A stretch of 64,000 nucleotides of DNA, taken from NCBI GenBank assembly GCA_002269645.1, contig NIVC01003194.1, forward strand, positions 1-64,000, written 5' to 3'. The stretch comes from Macrostomum lignano. Its lineage: Eukaryota. A program made the translations under genes and the position numbers. Below are positions 63,355-64,000 of this stretch, piece by piece; within the stretch, counting starts at the first letter, position 1, and each line of letters begins with the position of its first letter. The notes under the pieces are model-generated. The model was given only the letters and a program-made list of their open reading frames with translations, made no database searches and was not told the DNA's origin.

Positions 63355-64000
63355 ACAAAAAACAACAAAATATGCGGTGAGCGTCACAGGGCGGCGCGCC
63401 TCAAGGCCAGGTCGCGAATGAACGCCACGCCGCCTGCCGAATCCGGGGCGCCGGCGTCAGCCAGCGGGCAGTCGAGGAAACGCCGAGTGCGCGCCTGCCC
63501 CCGCAGGTAGGGTGCCTGCAGCAGCGTTAGCAGCGTACGACTCGTCGCGGATGATGTGGTCTTCCAGCTGGAGTCGCCGACGGCGCAACAGGTCGCTTGG
63601 ACAGACCACGACGGCGCCGTGTTGGTCACTCGCTAGTAGCCGATCTTGAAGGCGGCGCGCAGCAGACCAGCATCATGCAAAACGAAAGGCAGTCCAGGCA
63701 AGCCCGCGGCGACGCCGCAAATCTTCGCAGACGCCGGGAACCAGACCGCCGAGGTAGACGAACTGCTGACACGCGGAAGTTTGTCGCCTGTCCATCAGCG
63801 CCTCGGCACAAAATCGCTGTCTCGATGTCGTCCACCAGGCCGATGACCACCACGCCGACACTCGCCGCAACAGCAACTAGCTTGTCCAGTTGTCGCTGGG
63901 CGCCCTCGACAGTTGAGGACAGCAGGGCGAGGTCGTCAGCGTAGCCAAGCACGCTAAGCCGCCATTCCGGTTGACATCGACCCACGCGTCGCCGCAACAG
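63355..64000 (-). mobile_element. RTE-like LINE 3' portion (continues beyond the window)
   Basis: LSVLGYADDLALLSSTVEGAQRQLDKL; same 3' end as the copies at 3207 and 34141. Confidence 0.9.

Overview
Repeat-rich animal (metazoan) genomic DNA. It is not prokaryotic: it has GT-AG introns, LINEs, Gypsy remnants and intronic snoRNAs. The style resembles a free-living flatworm such as Macrostomum, but that is only an inference. Protein-coding content: two otopetrin proton-channel paralogs (both frameshifted as assembled), a spliced ankyrin + Mab-21/cGAS-like nucleotidyltransferase, two intronless PP1-like phosphatases in inverted orientation, an intronless GT15 (Kre2/Mnt1-like) glycosyltransferase, and two secreted proteins with a Cys-rich domain, a Thr-rich stalk and an ALK/LTK-type glycine-rich domain. 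The AT-rich block at about 27.8-29.2 kb, which has no useful ORF, is a minus-strand micro-exon host transcript. Its four introns each carry a box C/D snoRNA: three U24/SNORD24 homologs and one double-guide U36/snR47-like RNA. The rest is nested mobile DNA and many minisatellites. The mobile DNA includes Gypsy remnants, RTE-like LINEs (one with a 5'-inversion), RNase H LINE ends, CORE-like tRNA SINEs, a P-type transposase remnant, a MITE and an unclassified TSD-flanked element. Several minisatellites can be traced to a single seed sequence and two show higher-order structure. All alignments and family assignments were made by eye or from remembered motifs; no database search was run.
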